From positions 62,001 through 126,000 of the forward strand of contig MCFE01000132.1 of the NCBI GenBank assembly GCA_002104905.1: a stretch of DNA of 64,000 nucleotides, given 5' to 3'. Under the pieces are notes generated by a model, which was not told the DNA's origin, did not search any database, and was given only the letters and a program-made list of their open reading frames with translations. Below are positions 24,326 to 37,364 of the stretch, in pieces. Both the position numbers and the translations under genes were made by a program. Source of the DNA: Basidiobolus meristosporus CBS 931.73. Lineage: Eukaryota; Fungi; Basidiobolomycota. Within the stretch, counting starts at the first letter, position 1, and every line of letters starts with the position of its first letter.

Positions 24326-25200
24326 TTAATACTGAGTGCAGTACTGTATAGCTTTGCAGTATTTGTTGGACTGCATTGGCTTCCTCAGATGGAGTGTGAC
24401 CAGAATATATCTGGCGTGTGAACAATGTTTTCCCTCAATAGTGGTGGACTCCTGACAATTTGGACATGTTGCAATGGTAGCATTTTTGGATGTGAATGCC
24501 ATGCAACTGTTAAAACATGCTGGAATCAGGACAGTCTCTGGATCATATGTTGCCAGCCACATGACAGTTGTCCACTTGTACTATGTACATGGTAAGTTGC
24601 ATCCCAGTATGATTTTGGCAAGAAGTAGTAATAAATCCTCAAAGCCCCCATTACTGATATTAGTGGAAACATGCCACCTCTCTAGCCACAATGTTACATC
24701 ATTCACCAGTAGATGGATTACTGGGCTCACTTGGCTCCATAAAGTATCCTTTGCATTTGTTTCAATGGGTGTTGACTCATTACACATAGGGATTTGACCA
24801 AGCTCATATGTGGTACTGTTGTTAGGGGTGATAGGCTCAAAATCCATCAATGAACCTTCTTTGTCAGAGCTATCACTCTGTGTGCCATATTCAGAAGGCT
24901 GTGGTGAGCCTAAAGGTGTCACAAACTCACCTGACTCAGTTTGCACAAGGTGACAAAGATGGCCAGGTGCCAATACAGAAGTATCAACTGGCTGGCAAGA
25001 TAATGTTAGTACAGTAGTGACCAATCAATGGTCAAATATGACCTGGGTGGCAAAACACTGGCTGTGATCCTTGTAGTACTTCCTATGCTGTTTGTGTGCT
25101 TCATGGCTGAAAGGCTTGCCACAATAGCCACATGGACTTTTTATTTTTTTTTGCTGAGACACAATCTTAACTGTGTTGAGACACACACTACACCAAAAGG
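24326..25200 (-). mobile_element. CACTA/EnSpm-like transposase N-terminal remnant
   Basis: Contains CGYCGKPFSHEAHKQH (about 25085-25130), then W..NISNGGFEDLLLLLAK..NLPCT (ORF 24581-25024) and PACFNSCMAF..ATCPNCQE (ORF 24326-24562). This matches from memory the HACxNxC..F..CPxC pattern of CACTA transposases. No database search was run. Confidence 0.55.
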
Positions 25201-25955
25201 TTCAGTAAACTTTGTTTATACTTTTTTGATCAAGTTGAATAAGTAAGCACCAAGAGACTGGACTAATTGAAATCAGTTTGGATGTTGATAGGCACATAAG
25301 ATATATGAAAATTGCATCATTAATCAGCTGATGTCTTGGCAATTGCTAAGTGGTTGGATAGATCTCAGATGACTAATCACTTGGGAAGGCTTAGCAGATG
25401 AGATGGGGATGTAATGACCAGATGAAAATCAATAAGGTGTGACAGCTAGAAATAGATTCTGAGAAGTGATAAAATAAGCCATAACTGGAATCAGTTATGT
25501 TTGGGTTAGGGAAAATCAGTTAGGGTACTAGATTTTCTTACAGAGTAAAATTGGCTAAGTCTTAAATATTAATGCACAACAGCTGTTACAAAGCCATTAT
25601 AAACTTGCCATAAGATAGTTTAAACACCACCAAGTCTATTCTTATACTAGGCAGTCTAATAATCAAAACACTGCCACAATCCCATCATGACATTGTTGAA
25701 AAGGTTAGGAATTCCCAGCTCCTGGCATTCTTACAGCCTCATTGCATGATCTTGATAGTTGATCCTGATTAGATCCACCTGTGGGACCAAATTATTTTTC
25801 ATAAGGAAGTATGCTAGTTGCAGCAGTTATTCATGTATTTGACAACTAATAAGCAGTAGGCAATAGCACTTAGGAACAAAACTAGCTGTAAGAAGGCACC
25901 TGGGTATTTACTACAATAGTGGAGCAAAAGTCTAACACTTGATCTTCTTCAAAAT

Positions 25956-26280
25956 ATGTCTGTTGAGTATACATCCCCTCTGTTTGTAATTTGGCCCATT
26001 AGTTTGATCTTCTTCTAATCCTCAGCTAACATACAAATTCTAAGTTGGCATGACTTACTCTAGCTGCAGTGGTGCCCTCAACATGGTTCTCACCAAGCTC
26101 AACGGTAACTGGCACATCTAGAAGCGAAACAATGTACTCGATAGGCACTAACCACCTTCCGTATTTCTCTTAGGCGTTACAAAAGTGGAGATTTCCTTGG
26201 GGCAACAGCTCGTTGTTGTTCAAGGGACCATTTCTCAGGAGGAGATCGCGAGCACCATCAAGAAAACCACTCCGCAGTGA
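25956..26280 (+). pseudogene. ATX1: ATX1-like copper chaperone pseudogene
   Basis: Collinear with 32341-32684. The first donor site is damaged, there is a CAA>TAA stop at 26041, the metal motif MTCSGC has become MTYSSC, the 3' end has a small deletion, and the TATA box is altered (ctgtaagaag). Confidence 0.85.
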
Positions 26281-27465
26281 AAATTGAGAGCGCATTTTGC
26301 GGTGACTCTCAGCATCGACCAGATACCTTCCTAATTACCTTGTACAACTGGCGATTTGGCAGTTTGATGGCCGAACCCTACGATTAACTACTCTACACTT
26401 AGCTGATGATGATAATAAAATTATTGCATGATAATTTAGTGTTTCGATGTCCTCAGTACAGCTTTCACTATGACATGTTTGTCCTGATTACAGCCGTTAG
26501 TTGCGGTAGAATCTTCGTAAGGGGATGCAGGGAGGCTAGAGACTCGTACCAGTGCTCACCATCTTCCATATTTCACGTACCAGTGCTCGCCATCTTCCAT
26601 ATTTCAAATACCGGTCAAAATGTCAGAGATCTATCCATGGTATGGCAAGTATGCCCGGTGAAGTGCAATCATGAGCGAACAAACCGGTAAAAGAGCATTC
26701 GGATGAAACAGTTTCCCACCTGGGGGTACCGACCAGTTCGCCCATCAAGCCTGGAAATAATTCAGATCGTCTGACAAGATCCCACCACAAGTATAGAAAT
26801 GATCGACCCCAACCAGAAGTACGCATTATGTCAGGATAAAGGTTTCCTCTACGGAAATTGATAGAGTCGGATCATCCCAGTTACTTGTCTCATCCAAGAA
26901 AATACCTGATATTTTACAGGCTCTTTCGACATAAAGCTTAGCTGACTCTGGTTTCAACTTGGTCGCATCAAATCATGATTTAGGAAGGTGAGAATCCCCT
27001 AATAGTAAGGTAACAATGCTGAGAATATTGATTGGTCTCTGTATGGTAAACACCTACTTGGCACCTCCAGAGCTCAAACCAATTCACCAAATTGTGGCCT
27101 GATAAGAACTCATAAACGTACTGACGAGATCGTGCAACATAATGTGCTGACCGGGGAAGTGACTAGTCCACGCATGACGTTCCCAGGTGACTTCCACCCA
27201 AAACATCATGAAAGGTGCTCACTTAATAGCAACGATAATGGCTAGTCTTCATATATGAATCCTACAGATCGAAGTCCTAGATGATGTAAATGTTAATTTC
27301 TAGCCAATTGCTCCAGAGAAGTAAATATTGAGGCATGCCGTTCCGAGTGAGGCTACCCCACATGTATTACGCCCAGCCTTCTGCACCATGCCAAATGAAC
27401 TAAAATGGCAATCTGGAATATTTCACATCAAGTGATGGAATGGTACACACGCATGTACTCCCGAA

Positions 27466-27482
27466 ATATGGAAATGATCAGC
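27466..27482 (+). promoter_or_regulatory. Candidate subtilisin promoter motif TGGAAnnGATC (first of seven positional copies)
   Basis: Found 280-380 bp upstream of every subtilisin ATG: 27466, 29605, 33831, 35739, 40458, 42635 and 44595. Confidence 0.45.
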
Positions 27483-27789
27483 GAGTATTCCCATAGAGAC
27501 AGGATCCGCTGCATGCTTTGAAAAGAGCTTGATTATCACATAGGCACACATATGGCTAAGAGTTGTTGCATATTCACAAAGGGTAGACCTGTGTGGAGCT
27601 CGTATGTTCTGGAGAAATCTCATTGTTGTTACATGATTTACTTGACGCGTAATAGGAGCCGTGGCTGAAATTACAGTATGAACCATATACCATGAGACGG
27701 TTTATGAGAAATACTTGGGCATTAAGGACTATAAAAGGTGCCGAAAAAACATGAAGTCAATCAACACGTAGCTTTACTGCTTTATAGTC

Positions 27790-29053
27790 ATGGTCAATTT
27801 CCGCACTTTTACCTTAGGCTACCTAGTAGCCATTCTCTTGACTGCCCAACTGACCGAGGCTCAAATTGTCGACGTCTCCAACAAGTACATCGTTAAGATC
27901 AAGGAAGGTGCTGACTCCAACAAAGGTAGGAATGCAAGATCGTGGCATGATTGACATGCGAGGACCATCTAACCAATACCTATCATTGCTTACTGTAGTT
28001 GACCAATTCCTGAAGACCAAGCTTGACCAGTACAACCGCGGTCGCAGCGGTAACAATGGCCTGAAGAATGAGCTCAAGAGCAAGTTCTCGTTGGAGAGCT
28101 TCAACGCCTATGCCGGCACTCTCAGTCAAGGCTTGGTCTCCGAGCTCAAGGCTCATGGAGATGTTGAGTATGTCGAGGCTGAGCAAGTGTTCACCATCTC
28201 CGGTGTTCAGACTAACCCACCAAGCTGGGGACTGCCAAGAATCTCTCAGCGTGCTCGTGACACCAGTGCCCCTTACAACTACCCCAACTCAGCCGGCGAG
28301 GGTGTGGATGTGTACATCATTGATACTGGCATCAATGTCAAGCACACCGACCTCGGTGGTAGAGCCACCCTCCCCGTGAGCTTCATCACTGGTGAGGCCA
28401 CTGACGACCTCAATGGCCATGGCACTCATGTGTCAGGTACTGTTGGCGGCAACACCTATGGTGTGGCCAAGAAGGCCAAGCTCATCGGAGTCAAGGTGCT
28501 GAGCGGTAGTGGAAGTGGCACCACCTCGGGTGTCATCTCAGGAGTCAACTGGGTTGCTGAGCAAGCCAAGAAGAGTGGCCGTAAGAGTGTCGCCAACATG
28601 TCACTCGGCGGTGGCAACAGTGAGGCACTGAAGCAGGCTGTCAATGCTGCTGTCCAAGCTGGTGTCACCTTCATTGTTGCCGCTGGTAATGAGAGCCAAG
28701 ATGCCTGCAACGTCTCCCCCGCCAACGCCGCTCAAGCATTCGCTGTTGGGGCCACCACCATCTCTGACACCCTGGCCAGCTTCAGCAACTACGGCAAGTG
28801 CGTGAAGATCTTGGCCCCGGGCCAGGACATCACCTCTGCCTGGATTGGAGGCACCAGCGCATCCAAGAAGATCTCTGGCACCAGTATGGCTAGTCCACAT
28901 GTTGCAGGTGTTGCTGCGTTGTACTTGTCGCAAGGTGGATTGAACACCCCAGCCGAAGTCTACACTGCACTCCAATCCAAGGCCACCAAAGACGCCATTA
29001 CCGGATTGAAGGGAACTACCCCTAACCTATTGGTATTCAACTCCAACCAGTAA
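27790..29053 (+). CDS. Secreted subtilisin (S8A, proteinase K-like), copy S1; exons 27790-27925 and 27999-29053, 396 aa
   Basis: Signal peptide MVNFRTFTLGYLVAILLTAQLTEAQ, a 73-nt GT-AG intron with a CTAAC branch site, an I9-like prodomain, and the triad IIDTG / NGHGTH / GTSMASPHVAG. TATA at about 27730. Confidence 0.95.
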
Positions 29054-29981
29054 AGGATCGAATAACCATAGTATGATATACGCAAGATTGAATAAAGTCA
29101 TCACATTATCTACCATAATTAAAATTTATGGAACCAAGACTAAAGACATATTGTGACTTGCAATAATGAGACAAGAAATGGCTACGCCACAAGTGCGACG
29201 ATAATCCAATTTAGCTGGTCGCTGAAAATTTCCAGTAGTGTGGTGAGGTACGGAGTTTGGGAGAGAAATGGATTGGTTGGATAGGGCTCCCAATAAATTC
29301 GTCATATCGGCATCCTGCGAGCAATAATAACATATGAGAAAAACTGATTGTCAGTCTGGTGGCATCGGGGGAAATTCAGGTGTTCTTTCCCGATATGTGG
29401 ACAAGATCGACAATCGTATTGCATATTTAGTGCCAGAACAGGTGGATTTCTTGATTTGGGTATGTTTATTTAAAATTTACCATGATCACGGATATTCTGT
29501 GGGAAGCCCGGTCTATGGAAGCTTTACTCCCAGCATTCCTTAAAATGGAAATCTACGTGAATTAGCCAGACTAGTAAAATGGTATATTCACAATCTTGCT
29601 CAGAGTATGGAAATGATCGGCAGGCAATCAAGGAGACGCATCAACATGTTCTATCAGCGTACTCGATGGCCAAGAGCAGGTGACCATGGCAATTTTTAAG
29701 ATCCTAAAATACGACAGTATTCTGTACAGGTTTTTTGGTGCATAAGACGACTTGATATATCCAAGAGGATCATTCATGAGAGAAATGCTGCACATCCTGT
29801 CGAAATCTATCTTGATTTCCGATAACCGTAAACATGGAGGTTTCCAAGGCACGAAAGTCCACGGTAGTATTGGTATTGTAGTTAAATTCAAAGTATAGAG
29901 CCTGGAATAAATTATTTTGCTATAAAAGAGAGCGGCGGAATGTTAAAAAGCACAATCATTTCTTGAAGTGTCTACTACAAT

Positions 29982-31245
29982 ATGGTCGGTTTCCGCACAC
30001 TCACATTCGGCTCCCTGGTCGCCATTCTCTTGACTGCCCAGCTAACCGAAGCTCAAATTGTCGATGTCTCCAACAAGTACATCGTCAAGATCAAGGAAGG
30101 TGCTGACTCCAACAAAGGTAGGAATGCAAGATCGTGGCATGATTGACATACGAGGATGGTCTAACCAATGCCTGCCGTTGCTTACTGTAGTTGACCAATT
30201 CCTGAAGACCAAGCTTGACCAGTACAACCGCGGTCGCAGCGGTAACAATGGCCTGAAGAATGAGCTCAAGAGCAAGTTCTCGTTGGAGAGCTTCAACGCC
30301 TATGCCGGCACTCTCAGTCAAGGCTTGGTCTCCGAGCTCAAGGCTCACGGGGATGTTGAGTATGTCGAGGCTGAGCAAGTGTTCACCATCTCCGGTGTTC
30401 AGACTAACCCACCAAGCTGGGGACTGCCAAGAATCTCTCAGCGCGCTCGTGACACCAGTGCCCCTTACAACTACCCCGACTCAGCTGGCGAGGGTGTGGA
30501 TGTGTACATCATTGATACTGGCATCAATGTCAAGCACACTGACCTCGGTGGTAGAGCCACCCTCCCCGTGAGCTTCATCACTGGTGAGGCCACCGACGAC
30601 CTCAATGGCCATGGCACTCATGTGTCAGGTACTGTTGGCGGCAATACCTATGGTGTGGCCAAGAAGGCCAAGCTCATCGGAGTCAAGGTGCTGAGCGGTA
30701 GTGGAAGTGGCACCACCTCGGGTGTCATCTCAGGAGTCAACTGGGTTGCCGAGCAAGCCAAGAAGAGTGGCCGTAAGAGTGTCGCCAACATGTCGCTCGG
30801 CGGTGGCAACAGTGAGGCACTGAAGCAGGCAGTCAATGCTGCTGTCCAAGCTGGTGTCACCTTCATTGTTGCCGCTGGTAATGAGAGCCAAGATGCCTGC
30901 AACGTCTCCCCCGCCAACGCCGCTCAAGCATTCGCTGTTGGGGCCACCACCATCTCTGACACTCTGGCCAGCTTCAGCAACTACGGCAAGTGCGTGAAGA
31001 TCTTGGCCCCGGGCCAGGACATCACCTCTGCCTGGATTGGAGGCACCAACGCATCTAAGAAGATCTCTGGCACCAGTATGGCTAGTCCACATGTTGCTGG
31101 TGTTGCTGCGTTGTACTTGTCGCAAGGTGGATTGAACACCCCAGCCGAAGTCTACACCGCACTCCAATCCAAGGCCACCAAAGACGCCATTACCGGATTG
31201 AAGGGCACCACCCCTAACCTATTGGTATTCAACTCCAATCAGTAA
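29982..31245 (+). CDS. Secreted subtilisin S8A, copy S2 (2 exons, 396 aa)
   Basis: Same 1264-bp structure and intact triad. TATA at about 29921, AATAAA downstream. Confidence 0.95.
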
Positions 31246-32340
31246 ATCACTCATCACTTTTGTCATCGTTCAGATGCAAATAAAAGTATCCGGTTAAATA
31301 TTAACGTGTTCATATATATATATATATATTGATAGAGGCACGCAGACCTAGTTTTATGAAATTGCCCCTGGCGACATTTGTTGACACACATATCATCTAA
31401 GAATGGAACTTATTTTACTAGTTTTGTTTACACCATGCGTAAATAAGGCGCTGGATTGCTCATGATCCATGATAATAAAATTCGAATTATTTTGTTTGAA
31501 CCATTTCGCAGGTGACATCTCACTTGGCTGCATCAAATTTCTTCAGGTTCGAAGAAATAAGCAATCACATATAGGAAGCCATTTTTCTGTCCAGATAGTA
31601 ATATATAAACCGGGGATTTCGTATTTTGAATCCCAAACAGTGGTTTATTCTAAGGTTAAAGCCTCATCGGAGCACCTTACAATAAGTAGAAATTGTTCAT
31701 TGATGAGTAATTCAGCGTATGGCTTTCAACAATTTTCCCAAGTTCTCATTGCTATTCAAAATATGATAAATTGCTGGATATTATTCTACTGAAGTGTCGG
31801 ACCATTTGGTCAGATTCGGATTTGGCAAGGATCGCCACAATTTAATATAAGGTTAGTACGAGTTTTTTGAAAAACCAAAATAACATCTTGAAGAGCAGAC
31901 TTGAGAGATCTCATTCACTTCATTGGACCTCACACATCTTTTCTATGAGGTCAGGATTATTTGAGTACAGTCGGACCATTTGGTCCGATTGGGATAATCT
32001 ACTTGCAAGTTGATCATCGATTAGTGCGGATGATCAAGTTATCTCGGTATTCCAATCAATCAGTAATTGGAAGTTTTAACGCTGATTGATCAGCAGTGAA
32101 TATTTATCCGAAGTTTTCAGGAAGATGGTTTTTGAAATCAACGCTGGGCCATGCCCAATAGCGTAAATCACGCACCAAAATCCCAGTTTCTCGCTTGGTC
32201 CAACGAAAAGCAGTGGTTGTTAATCATCGCTCTGACAACTATGGAAGCTGTATGGAATGTATTGAATTCACTATAAAAAGGCACTCGTGGGTCCACCAAA
32301 ATGGCAGAACACAAGCCTAACACTTCATCTACTTCGCAAT

Positions 32341-32684
32341 ATGGCCGGATCGGTGAGTACACATGCCCACTCTATTCGTAATTCAATACAGTGGTCTGAT
32401 CTTCATCTAATCCCCAGCAAACATACAAATTCCAAGTTGGCATGACCTGCTCTGGTTGCACTGGTGCTGTCAACAGGGTTCTCACCAAGCTCAACGGTAA
32501 CTGGCACATCTAGAAGCGAAACAATGTACTCGATAGGCACTAACCACCTTCCGTATTTCTCTTAGGCGTTACAAAAGTGGAGATTTCCTTGGAGCAACAG
32601 CTCGTTGTTGTTGAAGGGACCGCTTCTCAGGAGGAGATCATGAACACCATCAAGAAAACTGGCAAATCCGTGACTCTGCTGTGA
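32341..32684 (+). CDS. ATX1: ATX1 copper chaperone (HMA domain); exons 32341-32352, 32418-32496, 32566-32684; 69 aa
   Basis: The spliced product is MAGSQTYKFQVGMTCSGCTGAVNRVLTKLNGVTKVEISLEQQLVVVEGTASQEEIMNTIKKTGKSVTLL. It has the MTCSGC motif and the C-terminal IKKTGK as in yeast Atx1. Introns are GT-AG with CTAAY branch sites; TATA at about 32272. Confidence 0.93.
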
Positions 32685-34112
32685 ATATTGGGAGCGCATT
32701 TTGCGGTGGACTCTCAGCATCGACCAGATACCTTCCTCACTGCCCTGTACAATTGTCGATTTGGCAGTTTGATGGCCGAACCCTATGATTAACTACTCTA
32801 CATTTAGCTGACTACGATAATAAAATATTTGCATGTTAATTTAGTGTTTCGATGTCCTCCGTGCAGCTTTTACTATTCATTCACTATGACATTTTTGTCC
32901 TGATTACAGCCGTTTGTTGCGGTAGAACTTTCGTCAGGGGATGCAGGGAGGCTAGAGACTCGTACCAGTGCTCACCATCTTCCATATTTCAAATACCGGT
33001 CAAAATGTCAGAGGTCTGTCCATGGTATGGTAAGTATGCACGGTAAAGTGCAATCATGAGCGAACAAACCGGCAAAAGAGCATTCGGATGAAACAGTTTC
33101 CCATTTGTGATCATCAGGCCTAGAAGTGGTTCAAATTGTTGCTGGCAAGTTCATACCGCCAATATAAAAATAACCGATCCCAATTACTGGATTCCAAGTC
33201 TCTCATTTCAACTTCGTCCTCTTGAACCGTAACTTAGGCGGGTGAGAATTCACTAGTAGGAAGGTGATATTGCTGCGAATATTGATTGGTCTGGGTAAAC
33301 GTGAAAATGCCCCGTATTTGCAAACACATACTTGCCATCTCCAGAGCTCAAGCCAATTTACCATATTGAGGCCTAATAAGAACTCATAAACTTACCGGTG
33401 AGATCGGGGTCTCATACAACATAACATACTTACCGGAGAAACCGTCAATCTCTAGCAAAGACTAGTTCACAAGTGGCTCCCCCGGTAATATACCTTCCAC
33501 TCAAAATACCATGATAGGGGTTCACTTGATACCAACGATTGTGACTGGTCTTCATATCTAGATCCTAGAGATCGAAGGAAATTCTTAGATGGTGCAAATG
33601 GTAATTTCGGCTGACGATCTAACCAATTACTCCAAAGAAGTAAAAATTGAAGCATGCCGTTCTGAGCGAGGCTACCCTACATGTATTAGAATGTTGCTCC
33701 GAGTGAGGTTACTCAACATGTATAACGCCCAGTCTTATGTAGCATGCCAAAGCAACTACAATGGTAATCAATGATATTTCTCATCAAGGGATGGAATGAT
33801 GCACACAATATTCACACATGCATTCCCGAAATATGGAAAAGATCATCGAGTGTTCCCATAGAGACAGGATCCGATTGATAGCAACATAGGTACATATATG
33901 GCTAAGAGTCATCGCATATTCGCAAAGGGATAAAGCTGGACGGAGTCCACATGACCTTGAGAAGTCGCATTGTTGTTGCATCATTTACACAATGCGTAAT
34001 ATGAACCATATAACATGAAGCGGGTGATGAGAATTATTTGGGCATCAAGGACTATAAAAGGTGACGAAAAAACATGAATTCAATCAACTAATAGCTTTAC
34101 TGCTTAATCGCC

Positions 34113-35376
34113 ATGGTCAATCTCCGCACTTTTACCTTAGGCTCCCTTGTCGCCATTCTCTTGACTGTCCAGCTAACCGAGGCTCAAATTGTCGACGTCT
34201 CCAACAAGTACATCGTCAAGATCAAAGAAGGTGCTGACTCCAACAAAGGTAGGAATGCAAGATCGTGGCATGATTGACATAGCAGGACCGTCTAACCAAT
34301 ACCTGCCGTTGCTCACTGTAGTTGACCAATTCCTGAAGACCAAGCTTGACCAGTACAACCGCGGTCGCAGTAGTAACAATGGCCTGAAGAATGAGCTCAA
34401 GAGCAAGTTCTCGTTGGAGAGCTTCAACGCCTATGCCGGCACCCTCAGTCAAGGCTTGGTCTCCGAGCTCAAGGCTCATGGAGATGTTGAGTATGTCGAG
34501 GCTGAGCAAGTGTTCACCATCTCCGGTGTTCAGACTAACCCGCCAAGCTGGGGACTGCCAAGAATCTCTCAGCGTGCTCGTGACACCAGTGCCCCTTACA
34601 ACTACCCCGACTCAGCCGGGGAGGGTGTGGATGTGTACATCATTGATACTGGCATCAATGTCAAGCACACCGACCTCGGTGGTAGAGCCACCCTCCCCGT
34701 GAGCTTCATCACTGGTGAGGCCACTGACGACCTCAATGGCCATGGCACTCATGTGTCAGGTACTGTTGGCGGCAACACCTATGGTGTGGCCAAGAAGGCC
34801 AAGCTCATCGGAGTCAAGGTGCTGAGTGGTAGTGGAAGTGGCACCACCTCGGGAGTCATCTCAGGAGTCAACTGGGTTGCCGAGCAAGCCAAGAAGAGTG
34901 GCCGTAAGAGTGTCGCCAACATGTCGCTCGGCGGTGGCAACAGCGAGGCACTGAAGCAGGCTGTCAATGCTGCTGTCCAAGCTGGTGTCACCTTCATTGT
35001 TGCCGCTGGTAATGAGAGCCAAGATGCCTGCAACGTCTCCCCCGCCAACGCCGCTCAAGCATTCGCTGTTGGGGCCACCACCATCTCTGACACTCTGGCC
35101 AGCTTCAGCAACTACGGCAAATGTGTGAAGATCTTGGCCCCAGGCCAGGACATCACTTCTGCATGGATCGGAGGCACCAGCGCATCCAAGAAGATCTCTG
35201 GCACCAGTATGGCTAGTCCACATGTTGCTGGTGTTGCTGCGTTGTACTTGTCGCAAGGTGGATTGAACACCCCAGCCGAAGTCTACACTGCACTCCAATC
35301 CAAGGCCACCAAAGACGCCATTACCGGATTGAAGGGAACTACCCCTAACCTATTGGTATTCAACTCCAACCAGTAA
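34113..35376 (+). CDS. Secreted subtilisin S8A, copy S3 (2 exons, 396 aa)
   Basis: Same 1264-bp structure and intact triad; TATA at about 34052. Confidence 0.95.
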
Positions 35377-36100
35377 ATCAAGTGGTACCGAATACCGGTA
35401 CATTCCTATGTCACGATCACGTATAGGCGAATAAAGTCACGATACCTTCATTACTAAGAAATTATGGCATCACCCGTCGTGGTAATTTGATGTATTTGGT
35501 AATTTTTACGACTGCTAGTACCAGGAATATGGATGTATTTCGATTTCGCAGTTGGAATTTTTGATCATTCTGAGTGGAACGGCATTCGGGTAGGAAAGAA
35601 AAATGGCTGGGATCACAAGCACAATCTAAAATTGCGCCATTTTGGCACTTCGCATGCAAAACGGTATATAAGGAAAGCTGTTGGATGGTGCCATAACCAC
35701 ATTGATTGTTTCTGTGAAAATGTTCACGCCCACTCCTGATATGTGGAAAGGATCAGCAATCGTTCGTTCGTGTGCTGATCGATACTATATTGGCCATTGA
35801 CTTCCACTTGATACGTTTTTCTCAAAGCTTCTGAAATGGGAGTATTCCTGTTTACTACAAATGCACACACTTATACTGCACATATCAAGTGATGGCCGAA
35901 TACCTGTAATCACCGACTGGCTTGAAGTATGATAATCAGTCTAGTGCCGTCATTACTTGCCGTGTGAAAGCATTATCAAGGTCACGATATATGTTGACGG
36001 ACATTATTACAACTCAATAAACCATGGGTTTGAAAAGGCTATATAAGAGGCTAATGAGCCATTACCTAACGATATCAATACCGCCGAAAATCAATCTACC

Positions 36101-37364
36101 ATGGTCAACTTCCGCACTTTCACTTTGGGCTCTCTGGTTGCCATTCTTCTGACTGCGCAACTTACTGAGGCTCAAATCGTCGACGTCTCCAACAAGTACA
36201 TCGTCAAGATCAAGGAAGGTGCTGACTCCAACAAAGGTAGGAATGCAAGATCGTGGCATGATTGACATGGCAGGACCGTCTAACCAATACCTGCCGTTGC
36301 TCACTGTAGTTGACCAATTCCTGAAGACCAAGCTTGACCAGTACAACCGTGGTCGCAGTGGTAACAATGGCCTGAAGAATGAGCTCAAGAGCAAGTTCTC
36401 GTTGGAGAGCTTCAACGCCTATGCCGGCACCCTCAGTCAAGGCTTGGTCTCCGAGCTCAAGGCTCATGGAGATGTTGAGTATGTCGAGGCTGAGCAAGTG
36501 TTCACCATCTCCGGTGTTCAGACTAACCCGCCAAGCTGGGGACTGCCAAGAATCTCTCAGCGTGCTCGTGACACCAGTGCCCCTTACAACTACCCCGACT
36601 CAGCCGGCGAGGGTGTGGATGTGTACATCATTGATACTGGCATCAATGTCAAACACACCGACCTCGGTGGTAGAGCCACCCTCCCCGTGAGCTTCATCAC
36701 TGGTGAGGCCACCGACGACCTCAATGGCCATGGCACTCATGTGTCAGGTACTGTTGGCGGCAACACCTATGGTGTGGCCAAGAAGGCCAAGCTCATCGGA
36801 GTCAAGGTGCTGAGCGGTAGTGGAAGTGGGACCACCTCGGGTGTCATCTCAGGAGTCAACTGGGTTGCCGAGCAAGCCAAGAAGAGTGGCCGTAAGAGTG
36901 TCGCCAACATGTCGCTCGGCGGTGGCAACAGTGAGGCACTGAAGCAGGCAGTCAATGCTGCTGTCCAAGCTGGTGTCACTTTCATTGTTGCCGCTGGTAA
37001 TGAGAGCCAAGATGCCTGCAACGTCTCCCCCGCCAACGCCGCTCAAGCATTCGCTGTTGGGGCCACCACCATCTCTGACACTCTGGCCAGCTTCAGCAAC
37101 TACGGCAAGTGTGTGAAGATCTTGGCCCCAGGCCAGGACATCACTTCTGCATGGATCGGAGGCACCAGCGCATCCAAGAAGATCTCTGGCACCAGTATGG
37201 CTAGTCCACATGTTGCTGGTGTTGCTGCGTTGTACTTATCGCAAGGTGGATTGAACACCCCAGCCGAAGTCTACACTGCACTCCAATCCAAGGCCACCAA
37301 AGACGCCATTACCGGATTGAAGGGAACTACCCCTAACCTATTGGTATTCAATTCCAATCAGTAA
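36101..37364 (+). CDS. Secreted subtilisin S8A, copy S4 (2 exons, 396 aa)
   Basis: Same 1264-bp structure and intact triad; TATA-like ctatataag at about 36040. Confidence 0.95.

Noticed and set aside
25917-25921. TAGTG as a possible CACTA terminus
   Set aside because: The surrounding sequence aligns with the ATX1 promoter of the intact copies, so it is a decayed promoter rather than a TIR.
26545-26606. 31-bp tandem duplication in a spacer, and the (AT)9 microsatellite at 31312-31329
   Set aside because: Both are real but ordinary slippage events. The paralogous spacers have a single unit or a shorter tract.
27866-27998. ORF-track N-termini of the subtilisins (MSTSPTST.../MLTPTKVGMQDRG...)
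   Set aside because: These read exon 1 in the wrong frame and run through the 73-nt intron. The real start is the upstream ATG encoding a signal peptide.
32301-32352. Upstream ATG (MAEHK...) resembling the yeast Atx1 start
   Set aside because: It is out of frame with exon 2 at the available splice sites and only about 29 nt from the TATA box. The ATG at 32341 gives a clean frame.
32168-32362. 64-aa minus-strand ORF repeated almost identically at 38699-38893
   Set aside because: It overlaps the ATX1 promoter and start. The identity is explained by the duplicated ATX1 unit and there is no protein signature.
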